The notes below the pieces were generated by a model, which had not been told where the DNA came from, did no database searches, and saw only the letters and a program-made list of their open reading frames with translations. Below are positions 24,722 through 36,559 of a stretch of 64,000 bases of DNA, one piece after another. This DNA is from Elsinoe ampelina. Lineage: Eukaryota. Within the stretch, counting starts at the first letter, position 1. Each line of letters starts with the position of its first letter. The translations under genes and the position numbers were made by a program. The stretch covers positions 454,227-518,226 of the forward strand of contig ML992501.1 of assembly GCA_010093995.1 (NCBI GenBank), in the 5' to 3' direction.

Positions 24722-27649
24722 GGAGGTTATTCTTATCTAGTAGAGCTATATACGATTATACTACGTTCGAGATAGCTACTAGTATACCGGCTAGTAGCGA
24801 AGAGTTAGTTATAGATATAGTTTATCCTTAGTTTATGTCGACTAATCTTATCTAGATCTCTCTAAGTCTACGATATATATACTAACACTAACGATAAACT
24901 AAATTATAATTAGTTAAGCGAGACTTAACTAAAGTAAGCCTTTATTAGCGGTATAGACATAGGTCTTACCTAATAGCTTATAAAGGAGAAACTTAGTAGA
25001 GCTATAATTACGTAATTACTTAAAGACCTACGTATATAACCTTTAGTAGAGAGCCTTAGTTAGTAAACTACGAATAAACTAATAAAGAAGATAGAGAATT
25101 TAGATACGGGCGAGAGTATTAATAGCTAGTAGACCTCGAGCTTTATACTAAACACTAATTATAGGCCTAAAAGACACATGTTCTAGTATCTAGATATTCT
25201 TATAGTAATATACTTCTTGCTTAGCTATTATAGTTTCGTAGTAGACATAGACTATAGCCTATATAGAGTCTTTATAGAAGCTATCGAGAGTAAGCTACTA
25301 CAATAAGTATATACTAAAATAGTAAGCGGTAACTAGTAGTAGAATATACAAAAGCGACTTAGGATACTAGGGGCTACTATTATCCTATTAATTGTCGTAA
25401 GTAATTAGACCTAGGTAATAAACTATTAAGGAGATCTTATAGCACATACTATCTATCTATTATTAGGCAACCTAAAGGTAGAAGCATATAATAGTAACTA
25501 CTAGCCGGGGTAGTTACTAATTAGCTTACTTTCTATTATTAAAGATAGTAGTAATATTGTTAAGGAGAAGACCTACTATACTTATATAAAGAAAATCTTT
25601 AATGCTATTATTAATTGCTACTTAAGAGAGGGCGAAATAATCTCCTATATAGATAGAAAGAGGTAGAGGTGCTTCTCTATACTTACTACTATACCTATAG
25701 ATTACGCCGAATAGGTTACTATAACTAGTATAAAGTTACTATATTATTATATAAGTTGCCTAATTGGTAAGGACAAAAGAGAGAACCTAGTAGTTACTAT
25801 ACTATTCTAAACTTACTACTCTACGTAGTAATAATAGCGCTTATAGAGAGAAGTACATAAGAGTTAGTAGTAGGGCAAGAAGATAGATATAAGCTCTTAA
25901 GTTTATATAGTTAGTTACTTTACGTAGGATCTTCTATATACTAATATTTACTATGTAATAGTGCTAGATATTCTATACTAACTTCTTAAAGGCGTTTTAA
26001 TATATATCTTACACTAGACTTAAAAATTGCTCTAGGATTTAATACCTATATAGAGATTACTACGGTATATAAAGGCTAGAGAGACTATATAGCAAATAGG
26101 CTACTAGCGCTCGGCAAAGAAGATTATACTTAATATTATTAATAAGTGTTTTAATAGTATACTAGTGTTTCCTAGCATTTAACACTTCTTATACTACTTA
26201 GCTATTAAGCAATAGACAGGTTAAGAGTAGAAGAGTATTGTACACTAGATACTTCTAGTATTTATACTACTACTTAAGGAAGTTAAGGCGCCTTAAGCTA
26301 TTAAGTTTATACGCGTACTAGTCGACTTTATATTACTAGTAAACTATAAGACCTACAACGACGATATACTCTAGTATATTAACCTTGCGCTCTTTAGAAT
26401 AAATAAGTATAAAGAAATCTTCTAGGCCTATTATAGTAATAGGAAAGAAAAGAGCAACTTTAACTTTCTAAAATAGCACTTAATAACATATTTTTTAAAG
26501 GCTATTTATAATTTTAGAGTAGTTACTAGCCTTAATTCTAATCATTTAGAGTATAATTATATATACTTTATTAAGGACGCCTTTAAACTTATAAATAAGA
26601 AGGCTAGATAGAAAGACTAAGTTACTACTTATAACACTAAACTAGTAAATATGTTAGTAGTATTCGATAACCCCTCGAAGTTAGTTAGGCTATTAGCTAC
26701 TAAACTAATTAAGATCTAGAGTACGCTAGTTAGCGTAAGTAATATAGTAAATATTACTTCTTAGTTCGGCTAGCCTAGCGCTAAGAGAGGAGCTATATAG
26801 CATATAGTAAAAGAACTAGAGGCGCTTATTAATATACTACCTAGGCTATTACTATAGTAAGTAATAGCAGTATTTATCTACGAGGCTTATTAAGGTATAG
26901 CCGATATAGGCTCTAACTCGAGAACTAAATACTTTAATTAGTTTAATGCTAAACTAGATCCCGATAGACTCGAACTAGATTCTTTCTAGGTAAGTAACCT
27001 CTACGTTAAGTTCTACTATTCTTTAAAGTGTAGAAAACTATCTAACTATAATTCTAATAATCCTAATATAGACAAATAAGACTTTATCTAGTATATAACT
27101 AAATAGCAAAGAATATATAGCAATAAGAGGCAAGACTAGCTCTAGGTATAAGAATAGACAATAAATAACAAAGGCACTAATAGAGTATTACCTAATAGCC
27201 TATAAGGTAAGTTACTAGCTTATATTATATTTATAATAACTATAGAGAATAGCTTCTAGTCTAGTAGATTAGGCCGGCGTTAACGCCTATACTACATAGA
27301 AGCGCTAGTAGATCTATATTAGCTTACTCGGCCGGATAGAGTAGCTAATCGAGAGTATAGTATAACACTAATTAAGCCTTAGACAAATCGACACGCGTAA
27401 GCTAGATAGAACACTCTTACTAGTAGGTATATCTACTTTACCTCGTAAATCTACTATAGTATCTACGTTATACTAGTAGATAAAATAAGACTATATAGCT
27501 AGATATATATTAATAACATAGCTAACTTTAACATATATAATATACTATAGAATAAGTTATAGGAGTCTAAATAGCTCTACCTAGCTAAGGCTTTAAAATA
27601 AGAGAGGTTAAGATCCCTAGGTATAGTTAGTAAGCGTAGTAGGCATTAA
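24722..27649 (+). pseudogene. RIP-destroyed Plavaka-family transposase (CACTA/EnSpm-related)
   Basis: One frame with de-RIPed YTEMASGDWWWNIQ (TAG TAG TAG at 25334-25342), GATIIPLIVASDQTQV..GD..A..IYL.LGN, VPDILHQLLKGV ~25961, ID..F..MP.FPGI.HF, QWTG.EQK, FNFPKWH ~26459, SEH.HI.FIKDAF..TNKK. An acidic N-terminal part probably extends to ~24370. Confidence 0.88.
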
Positions 27650-28079
27650 TAAAGCTAGAGTACTTCTTTTGTAGCTAGAACAATTATCTCTTACATTAAT
27701 AGCCTAACACTTAGGTATACTTAGGTTAACTACTAGACTATATTAAGTAAGTAAGTTATAATAACTTCCGTAGGTATTACTCTAACTAGTTAGTTTATAC
27801 CTATATATTATTAGGTTAGTCCCTAAACTATATAGGGTTTATAGCCTAAGGTGCCTTATATAGTTTTTACACTAAAGAGTTAGTCTATTTCTTTACTAAT
27901 TATAATAGCTTAGAAAATTATAGTAAGGCGTTATAGAAGTTAGTCTTTAAGATACTTAAGATATACTCTAAGTATTTAGTAATAGTAGTAAAAGGCTTAG
28001 GTTAGTAAGTTATCTTTAGGTTAGTTTCACTAACAGAGTTAGCGGTCTAAGAGGAAAGTTTATTCTCTATAATAAGTTT

Positions 28080-29850
28080 ACTAATAAGACTCTAATATAG
28101 ACGATAGTACTTTACTCTATTTACTATTATATTATAGAGATCTACTCGATACTACTAGAGTAGTTACTAAGGACTTATTCCTTTCTATCTAATAGATAAG
28201 ATCTATAATAATACTAGCTTAAAAGACCTACTAGAGAATATTCTTGTTAATCTCTATATATATACTATACATAGGAAACAAGTTAAGGAAGAAGCTACTC
28301 TTTAGTATAGTAAGTAGCCTCTTCCTTGTCCTCTAAAGTCTCCTCTATATCTATATAGGTTATAAGTATTTCCTTATAAGATTATTAGTACATAATATGT
28401 ATATAATAAATCCTATCTATAAGATTATATACTAGATTATTCTACACGCGCTATTACTATAATTACTACTTAGTAGTAGTAATAGTAGAGTAGTAGGATA
28501 TAGTAGGAAAAAGTATTATTATACTTACCTCCGAGAGAGAAATATTTTCTTTCTCTCCTATACCTTTCTCCTTGCTCTCTACTATAGTAAGGTATACTAT
28601 AACCGAAGCTACTACTACTACTTCCTCCGTAACTACTATTACTTATATATAGCTATAACTACGAGTTATTACTAGAAGCTTAGTATATATCGAGGTAATC
28701 TTATCTTTAATATATAGTAATAAAGTGCTACGATCTTAACCCGAATACTGCCTCTATTACCTCTCCGACAACTACTATAACTAGTGCCGAGAGCTAGTAA
28801 AGTAAGAAGCGTACTACCTCTACCTTCGCTAGTGTCTATAGCTATGCTAGTATTAAGCTTAGTAAGGTAGAGGAGAAGAGTAAGAAGCGGAAGAAGCTTC
28901 TTATTATTACTAATTACCTCCTTACTAATAACCTTATAGATAGGTAGTTAGAGTAGATCTTAAACTTTCTAGAAAGAGTATTTACTTCTTTACTATAACT
29001 ACCTTCGAGCTATTATTTAGACTACTATATCCTTAGTACTATCTCCGGAGCTACTTAGATACTATACTAATGTCTATTGGACTTTACTTTTCTAGGTAGT
29101 CTTTTATAGCTCTAGAATTATTCTTCTAGTAGATATACTATTCCGTGTTAGTAGATAAGGAATTAGCTTAGCCTAAACTAAATGTCTATTACATTTCTCG
29201 TACCTATCTATGTTAGTGTTAATCTTCTTAGAATAGGCTATAGCCTTACTACTATAGCTACTATTAACATAGTATATTTAGCTTCTATTATTATTCTCTT
29301 TCTACGTTACTAATAACTTCTAAGTACTAGAACAGGTCTATAGGTATTTATACTCGATGTTATAACTATACTTAGCTATAATAATTAAGTCCTTCTTAGG
29401 AAAAGCTTTCTTATATCTATAAGCCTAAGTTATAAATGCTCCTTTATAAGCTTATTTTACATTATTAATAATATAGGCTACTAGATAGCAGAACTTATAG
29501 GCTATAGAGCAATAGAGGTGCTTTTCGTTAGTGTTAATCTTTGTTACTAGCTATATAGTTACGCGAAAGTGCTTGTCTTTAGAGACATCTAATACCTTAA
29601 TAGACAACTAAGTAGAGATAATAAAATAGAGTTAGAATAAGTATATATTAGTTTAGGGTTTTATGTTATAAGCTAGAGAATAAGGCGTATAATATCTACT
29701 TTCCTATTATAGTAAAAGCACTTCTATACTAAGCTCTAATAATATAGAGTATATGCTTCTCCTTTATCTAGTAGATAAGATCTATAATAATACTAGCTTA
29801 GAGAGCTCTCTCTAGAAGATGCTTATTAATTTCTATATCTATTCTAGTTA
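28080..29850 (-). pseudogene. RIP-destroyed unknown gene(s) sharing a duplicated segment
   Basis: 28181-28262 and 29760-29841 share GATAAGATCTATAATAATACTAGCTTA; minus-strand de-RIP reads EIDxxxLxxxxQAGIIxDLIHQM in both. Confidence 0.45.
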
Positions 29851-31023
29851 TAGCAAGTAGAGCGTTTATCTAATCTAAGGCACGTATAGTACGTTTAACT
29901 AAAATTAGGTAGGTGCGGTGCGTTTATAGTAACCTAACATAGTTAAACTTAGTTTAATATAGAGAAACCTAATATTTTAACTTTCTATGCTTAGGACTTT
30001 TATAACATATTTATTATATTATACTTATTTCTCCTTATATATCTAGAAAAGTACTAAGAAGTTAACATTTACTACTTCTAGTCTCTAAGGCTTAGGGAGC
30101 CTCTCTAGTTTAATAGTCTTCTAAGGATTAATAAGGTTCTATATCTTAGTGTTTAATACTCTTATCTTAATAATATATAGCTAGCTAGCCTATTTAGCTA
30201 ATATAGCAAGAATAATAGGTGTTCTAGCTATTAAGGTGTTAGTATCTATAGTTGTTTATCCCTTTATTAACACCTAAATCCTATAGTAATAGTTAAGGTA
30301 GTTCTTAATAGATTCTAATACTTAAAAAGCAAGATAGTAGAGAATTAACTAATAAATAGAGTAGGAAAGCAACTAAGTAATATACTTGTATAGGGGTAGT
30401 TATACCGGGCTTATAACTATTAACTTATATATAGGGAGGAAAAAGGATTAATTACTACCTAAACTACTAAAATAAGGTAGATTATAACTACATAAATACT
30501 TAACCTAGTGTACTAAAAGATAGCTAAATCAAAAGAACTCCTTAATAGTAGCAGATTAAGACAATAATTATCTAATTTAATCATGGATTAGTAAAATGGT
30601 AAGATAGTGTTCAGTTTAACCTTGGGATGAACTGAATCAGGGTCTTCTTGGCGCTCCAGCTTATGCCTCGGTTGACATTGCTCGGGATCATCCTTCCCCC
30701 GAAGATATTAAAAGCTACTTCTCTCCTCATTCTCCCAACGGGAGACCCCTCCCGGACCTGCCTTTGGATTTCTCGAAATGGCAGAACTACAGATATCGCG
30801 TGCATGATGCTTTCACTTTCCGTAAGTCTTGCTCGCTTGGAAACCTTGCCGTCGTCGGCGGAAAATTGTGGACCAAACATGTCACTTTTGCCCATGCCCT
30901 GATCTTCGTCCGTGACCTACGCTATGCCCTGACGCGGTGATATAGTTGCCAGCCCTCCCTGTAAGTTGATTCTGTTCACCCCCGCTGTCAGTCCACTGGA
31001 GAGAATCGAGGCTGGAAAGTACC

Positions 31024-32637
31024 ATGGCACACCTACTCAGCTTTGGCATTGCTGCGCTTGCGGCCCAGGCTTCTGCCATACCGCAGGTCCAAGCCCGCTC
31101 CGCTCCCGCCGTCCTCCCTTTGGCGTCTTCCACAGGGGCGTCCATCCCTCATAGCCCCAGCTTCAATTCATTCTCCTTTGAGCCCGCCTTTTGGGTCGAA
31201 TTCTTCGGGAACCTTACCTCTCCTAATCCCTTGGTCTTTCGTCTTCTCGACACGATCCATGCTCATGGCGGTCGTCCAATCATCAGACCTGGCGGCATCA
31301 CGATGGACAGCATGATCTTCTCTCCTTCGGCTGGATCCCCAGTGCGTACTACCAATGCAAATGGAGGAGTGTACCGCACTACCGTGGGACCTGCTTACTA
31401 CCAATCCTGGGCCAATTTCCCCAAAGGTACTCAGTTTGTCTCCACGCTCAACTTTGGCAACAACTCCCTGGACATCGCACGAGATCTAGCCGTAGCAAGC
31501 GTCAAGTACAGCGACTCCGTCCCCCTCTTCGAGCTCGGCAACGAACCCACCAACTACGCCCGCGCACGCTGGAACGCCAACACCACCAACTACGTCAACC
31601 AATGGCTCGACTGGACCCGCCAGATCGACAGCGCAGTCAACACCACCCTCCTCTCCAAACCCAACCACACCCTCCCGTCCACCCGCTGGTTCGCCTCCTC
31701 GGCCACGACGGACAAAACCGCCCTCAACGTCCGCCCCATCGACCTCATCCCCGCCGGCATCGACCGCTTCCACCAAGTCGCCGACTACAGCATCCACTCG
31801 TACCCCTTCAGCACATGCGACCCGACGCGCGCCCGCCGCGCCACCATCAGCAACATCCTCAACCACACCGAACTCACCACCTACGCAGACACAGAGATCT
31901 ACCCGTCCGCGCGCGCCGCCCTGGCCGCCGGATCGCGGTGGATCATCGGCGAATTCAACAGCATATCATGCAGCGGCGCGCCCAACGTGACGGACACGTT
32001 CGCGCAGGCCCTGTGGGTCATCGACACGTACCTCATCTACGCGGCGCGCAACGCGTCGGCCGTGTACCTGCACCAGGGCGCCACGTTGGTGTTCCAGAGC
32101 AGTAGCCAGGTCAACGTGCCCAGTCCCGACGGGAAGCCCGGGTTCAGTACGTACAGCATGGTGTTCCCCGTCGATACGGCGTTGAGGGGCAAGGCGAGGG
32201 CGTTGCCTAGTTTCCTCGGGCAGCTTTTCATGGCCGAGGCGTTGGGGGTGGAGGGGACGAGGGTGCTGGAGGTCAAGGGGGGGGAGACGGGGGAGAGGTT
32301 TGCTGTTTATGCGTTGTTTAGGCCCGGCGGGGGGGTGGGGAAGTTGGTGTTGGTGAATTCGACGCCGTGGTATGGGAATACGACGCAGGATGGGACGAGG
32401 GAGGTGGGGTTGGGGGAGTATACCCTGGGGGCCAAGGCGTGGGTGAAGAGGTTGACGGCGCCCAAGGTGGATGAGAAGGATGGTGCGAAGACGACGTGGG
32501 CTGGGCAGGCGTTTCCGTTGGGTGAGGCGGTGGGGGAGGCGGTGGTGGAGGAGGTGGAGGGGGGTGTGGTGAGGGTTAGGGGGAGTGAGGCTGTGTTGGT
32601 GTTCTTTGATGAGGACGAGGCGAGGAGGGTGAAGTGA
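31024..32637 (+). CDS. Secreted glycoside hydrolase family 79 (beta-glucuronidase-like)
   Basis: 537-aa intronless ORF; signal peptide; IRPGG, FELGNEP (acid/base), IGEFNS (nucleophile), DTFAQALW, TWAGQ C-terminal motif. Confidence 0.9.
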   Translation: MAHLLSFGIAALAAQASAIPQVQARSAPAVLPLASSTGASIPHSPSFNSFSFEPAFWVEFFGNLTSPNPLVFRLLDTIHAHGGRPIIRPGGITMDSMIFSPSAGSPVRTTNANGGVYRTTVGPAYYQSWANFPKGTQFVSTLNFGNNSLDIARDLAVASVKYSDSVPLFELGNEPTNYARARWNANTTNYVNQWLDWTRQIDSAVNTTLLSKPNHTLPSTRWFASSATTDKTALNVRPIDLIPAGIDRFHQVADYSIHSYPFSTCDPTRARRATISNILNHTELTTYADTEIYPSARAALAAGSRWIIGEFNSISCSGAPNVTDTFAQALWVIDTYLIYAARNASAVYLHQGATLVFQSSSQVNVPSPDGKPGFSTYSMVFPVDTALRGKARALPSFLGQLFMAEALGVEGTRVLEVKGGETGERFAVYALFRPGGGVGKLVLVNSTPWYGNTTQDGTREVGLGEYTLGAKAWVKRLTAPKVDEKDGAKTTWAGQAFPLGEAVGEAVVEEVEGGVVRVRGSEAVLVFFDEDEARRVK

Positions 32638-33362
32638 ATGGTAGTGATGCGATCGGTGGTGAACATGACTTGCCTTGCTCGCTTAGCATCAACAAGAATA
32701 TTCACGAGTCACGGAGTTTCCATGTGAAAGTATCGCCGCGTTAAAGTTTCTGTGTGTGGATAGGGGGTCTGGGGCAGAAGGCTCTTGGCCGGAGTTTACT
32801 CCACGGTGTGAGAGACCAGGACATGGCGGAGACTGAGACATACGACATGTCTAACGGCACGTGAGCACTCCTCGTATTTTCGCCAATGAACCCCTAGCTG
32901 TAAGTTACCGTCCATCTGGTTCAGGCCAACGACATTTGGTCTTTGGGACCAGCCTCAGGGGGTGTTTTGAGTTCAGACAAGCTTTTATGGTATACATCTG
33001 GGGGTGTGGAGAATCTCCAGAATGCATCATTTGCCGAACGAATGCACGGTCTGGACTCATTTTCAGGTAGACATTTCCCGTCTCAGCGCTGGGCGAGCTG
33101 GGTATTGTGACTATTGTCTGGTACGCTTGGAATGCTCGCCAGAAGAAGCCCCGTGTGAAGGTGGCACGGTACCCACTGGATGCGCTAGCCATGCAGCATT
33201 TGACGAGAGGCGTTATCCCTACCAGACTATTGCTATCCGATAATCAGCTGGAGAAGAGCCGCAGCAGCTACTGCCCATGGCGGCGGTGTCAGCCAGGAGA
33301 AAGGACGACGCGTCACAACATGAACACGCGCGAGAGTAGTCGGAATTGTGCCGCTGTGTCGT

Positions 33363-33543
33363 GCTGAGAGCTGAGAGCTGAGAGCTGAGAGCTGAGAGCT
33401 GAGAGCTGAGAGCTGAGAGCTGAGAGCTGAGAGCTNNNNNNNNNNNNNNNNNNNNNNNNNNNNNNNNNNNGCTGAGAGCTGAGAGCTGAGAGCTGAGAGC
33501 TGAGAGCTGAGAGCTGAGAGCTGAGAGCTGAGAGCTGAGAGCT
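33363..33543 (+). repeat. (GCTGAGA)n heptanucleotide tandem repeat containing an assembly gap
   Basis: Perfect 7-mer units on both sides of an N-run at 33436-33470. Confidence 0.97.
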
Positions 33544-34543
33544 TTTGTCAAGTCCTTGGAGCTGTGCAGATCGATGCTGAGATGTTGCTGCGCCTTGTGT
33601 CGATGCGTGCTGGACTGTCTAGAGCTTCATCACTGGTCTGGGTGTCCTTGTCATCACTTGGTACCGTTTTCATGGTCATCAAGTGCCTCTATCGCTCATG
33701 CTTAGCCGCAGTGATAGACGAGGGCCGAGGGTAGCTCCACACGCTGTGGACGGACGAATGCCGCTCTCGTCTGCCGAAGTGTCTCAGAATCAAGCTTCTT
33801 TTACCACGCGACGCCTGCAACACTCCATCGATCGAAGGACGAATGACAGGCTCCAGTGGCAGTTTCAACTTCCTTCCTACTGGTCCGTTCCTTGCCCATT
33901 TCCCCAGTTTCGGCGGGGAGATTCTCGATGTGCCTTTCGATCGCGCATTCAATGGCTCACGTCCTTGAGCTACCAGATCCAGACGAGTCTCTCCCCGTGG
34001 AGTCTCCAGGAAGGGCAGACGATGGCTGACTCTTCGAGTATCCACACCTATCGCTCGCGACTTCTGCTCATTCACAAACCACCGGCTCTAGGCAACTCCG
34101 TCACCCAGCCTAGCTACCAGTGGCGTGGCCCGTTCAGGCCTAGCAGTCTTGAGCAGACTCCTCGTCTGGAAGTTTGATCTTGTCTCTGGCGCAAACGATG
34201 GGCAGCTGAGCTCTCCCAGCGCAACCGCTACGGCTGCTGGTGCGGATCATCTACCGCGTTCGCCATGCATCGACCCCATACATGAACCGTTGGCCTGACT
34301 GAATCCTGGATCTGGCTGTTAGCTTCCCAAACTCTGTTCCATCTTTACTTCACCTTTCTTACCTGCCGCACCCGTTTGCCGTTTGCTATTTCTCTTGCAA
34401 TCTCTTGACACTTTGTCTCTGCTTGACCACACGCTCCCTTGGCTGGTCGAATACATAAGTGCATCTGGAAACGCCTTCTGGTAGAGCATCTCGTTTCGAC
34501 ACACCCCTCGACCCCGAACTTCCCCAGACCTCCCCCCACAGCC

Positions 34544-36427
34544 ATGCAGACCGCACACGATGAAGCTGTAAGTGAAGCATGACCATGCGCATTGAAGTAC
34601 AGGTCACTGACTACTGGTCCAGGAGCTTCATGCCATTGAGCAGGAGCTCAATATCGAGATCTTACCCGGCACTGAGATCATGACGGATGTCGGCACTCAC
34701 CACTTCCTCAAGAGCAGTGCTGGCGTCCTCGTCCCTCAGCCATCTGCCGACCCTCACGATCCCTTGAACTGGTCCAAGAAGTGGAAGATGCTCGCCATCA
34801 CTGCTGTCACCTCCGTCACATTCGTTCAGGGTTTCGGTCCTCTCGCCCTTGCCCCTGCCTTCCCAGCATACATGGCAGAGTGGAACCGACCTCTTCCTGA
34901 TGTTGTCCGCTTTACTGGTGTCAGTATCCTGGTACTCGGTTTCTCCAACTTCATCTGGGTTCCTCTTTCTTCGTCCTTCGGCCGCCGTCACGTCCTGATT
35001 GCCTCCAACTTGATCTGCTTGGCTTCCATGATCTGGCGTGCGCGCGCCATGTCTTACGGCTCATTCATGGGCGCTTGCGTGTAAGTGCGATGAAATAACT
35101 ACCAAGAGACCACGAGCTGACTTTGTCACAGTCTGAACGGTATTGGTGCTGGTCCCGCCGAGACAATCCAGCCAGCCGTCGTCGCAGACATCTTCTTCCT
35201 TCACGAGCGTGGTTTCTGGAACACTCTATACTGGGTAGCCTACATGGGCTCCCTGATGGTTGCACCCATCATTTCCGGCGCAATGACCCAGGCTCTCGGA
35301 TGGCGTCCATTCTGGTGGCTCAACGTTGCCATTGTCGCTGCTTCAACCCTCCTCGTCGTCTTCGCCTACCCAGAGACCAAGTATGAGCGAGCCCACAGTG
35401 CCGAGATGACCCCGAGCGACAAGCAGATCTCTCCTGCAGCATCTCAAGAGAAGGACCTGGCCAACATTGAAAAGACCGAAACTGCACATTCCAATGCTCC
35501 TCAGGATCTTTCCCTCTCTGCGACTGCCGCCCGCGATCCCCATCTCGGAAAGGGAACCCCCAGCAAGTCCCAATGGAAGATCTTCCAGCCAAACCGCAAC
35601 CCTGGCAAGACCATCCTCCTCAACATTTGGGTCCCATGGAAGCTGTTCGCATACCCAATCGTCGAATTCGCAGCTTTCGTCGTCTCCTGGTCCTGCTCGT
35701 CTTTCCTCACCCTCAACCTTACTCAGTCTCAAGCATTCGCCGCTCCTCCATACCTCATCGATCCCCAAAACATCGGTTTCATGAACTTTGCCATTCTTGT
35801 CGGCGCCATGATCGGTCTGGCCACCGCTGGTCCTTTCTCCGATTGGGTCTCCAAGCGTCTGACGCTCCGCAACAATGGTATCCGTGAGCCAGAGATGAGG
35901 TAGGCGATTTCCGTCCGTACGTGCTGACAAGCATGCTGACAACTTCCAGACTCGTCGCCATGATCCCCTACGTGATCATCATGTACGTCGGCAACATCAT
36001 CGTCGCGGTCGGCTACGAGAAGAAGTGGCACTGGGCCATCATCGTTGTCCTCGGCTACACCGCCGCAGGTATCCAGGTCGCCGCTCTCCCCGCCATCGCA
36101 TCGACCTACGCCGTGGACTCATACAAGCCCGTCGCCGGCCCACTTTTCGTCGCCATCACCGTGAACAAGAACCTGTGGGGATACGGAGTAAGTTGAACGC
36201 CCATACAATTTCTTTCCTCGGCGGCGACAAGCATGCTAACAAACGTCCAGTTCGCCGAATTCGTCAACAAGTGGATCGCCGAGGTCGGCTTCATCCCCCC
36301 TATCATGACCAACGCCTCCCTCATCCTCTTCTTCTGCCTGTGCGGTATCCCCTTCTACTTCTTCGGCAAGACATTCCGCCGGTGGAGCAAGAACAGCAGC
36401 GTGCACAAGATGGAAGAGATGAACTAG
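34544..36427 (+). CDS. MFS transporter (HOL1-like), 5 exons
   Basis: Exons 34544-34567, 34623-35080, 35132-35899, 35950-36187, 36251-36427 with GT..AG introns; LVPQPSADPHDPLNWS, FGRR, ADIFFLHERG, REPEMRL motifs; multiple TM segments. Confidence 0.9.
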
Positions 36428-36559
36428 ATTGTGTATATCCGCGGTATGATGCGCAGTACGAGATGGCACTTGTTTCAGAGTGTCAATGTAATAATTCCCA
36501 CCTTCCGCCTCTCTCCCAAGTCACATCCCGTCGTCTCCCAGCAAGTCCCACCTCCCACC

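Larger units (their letters stand above)
1..30550. repeat. RIP-mutated AT-rich repeat block
   Basis: Strong TpA excess, near absence of TCA/CCA/TGA/TGG, stop codons in all frames, only two short ORFs in the track over 30 kb; abrupt change to normal composition at ~30.6 kb. Confidence 0.97.

Noticed and set aside
17025..24875. A third LTR retrotransposon bounded by the 17025-17424 / 24476-24875 repeat
   Set aside because: No gag/RT/integrase motifs between the copies, the left boundary fades instead of ending sharply, no TSD found, and the right copy runs into the transposase reading frame.
1..30550. Starship element
   Set aside because: No DUF3435 tyrosine-recombinase captain or typical Starship cargo motif recognised; cannot be fully excluded because the left end is outside the window.
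1..30550. Mitochondrial insertion or alternative genetic code to explain the many stops
   Set aside because: Stops map to Trp/Gln/Arg codons in conserved TE motifs via C-to-T/G-to-A changes, which is RIP.
33219..34177. ORFs 33219-33551 (SSQLSAL repeats), 33683-34177 and 33689-34075
   Set aside because: Translation of the heptamer repeat, or motif-free overlapping frames in an intergenic region.
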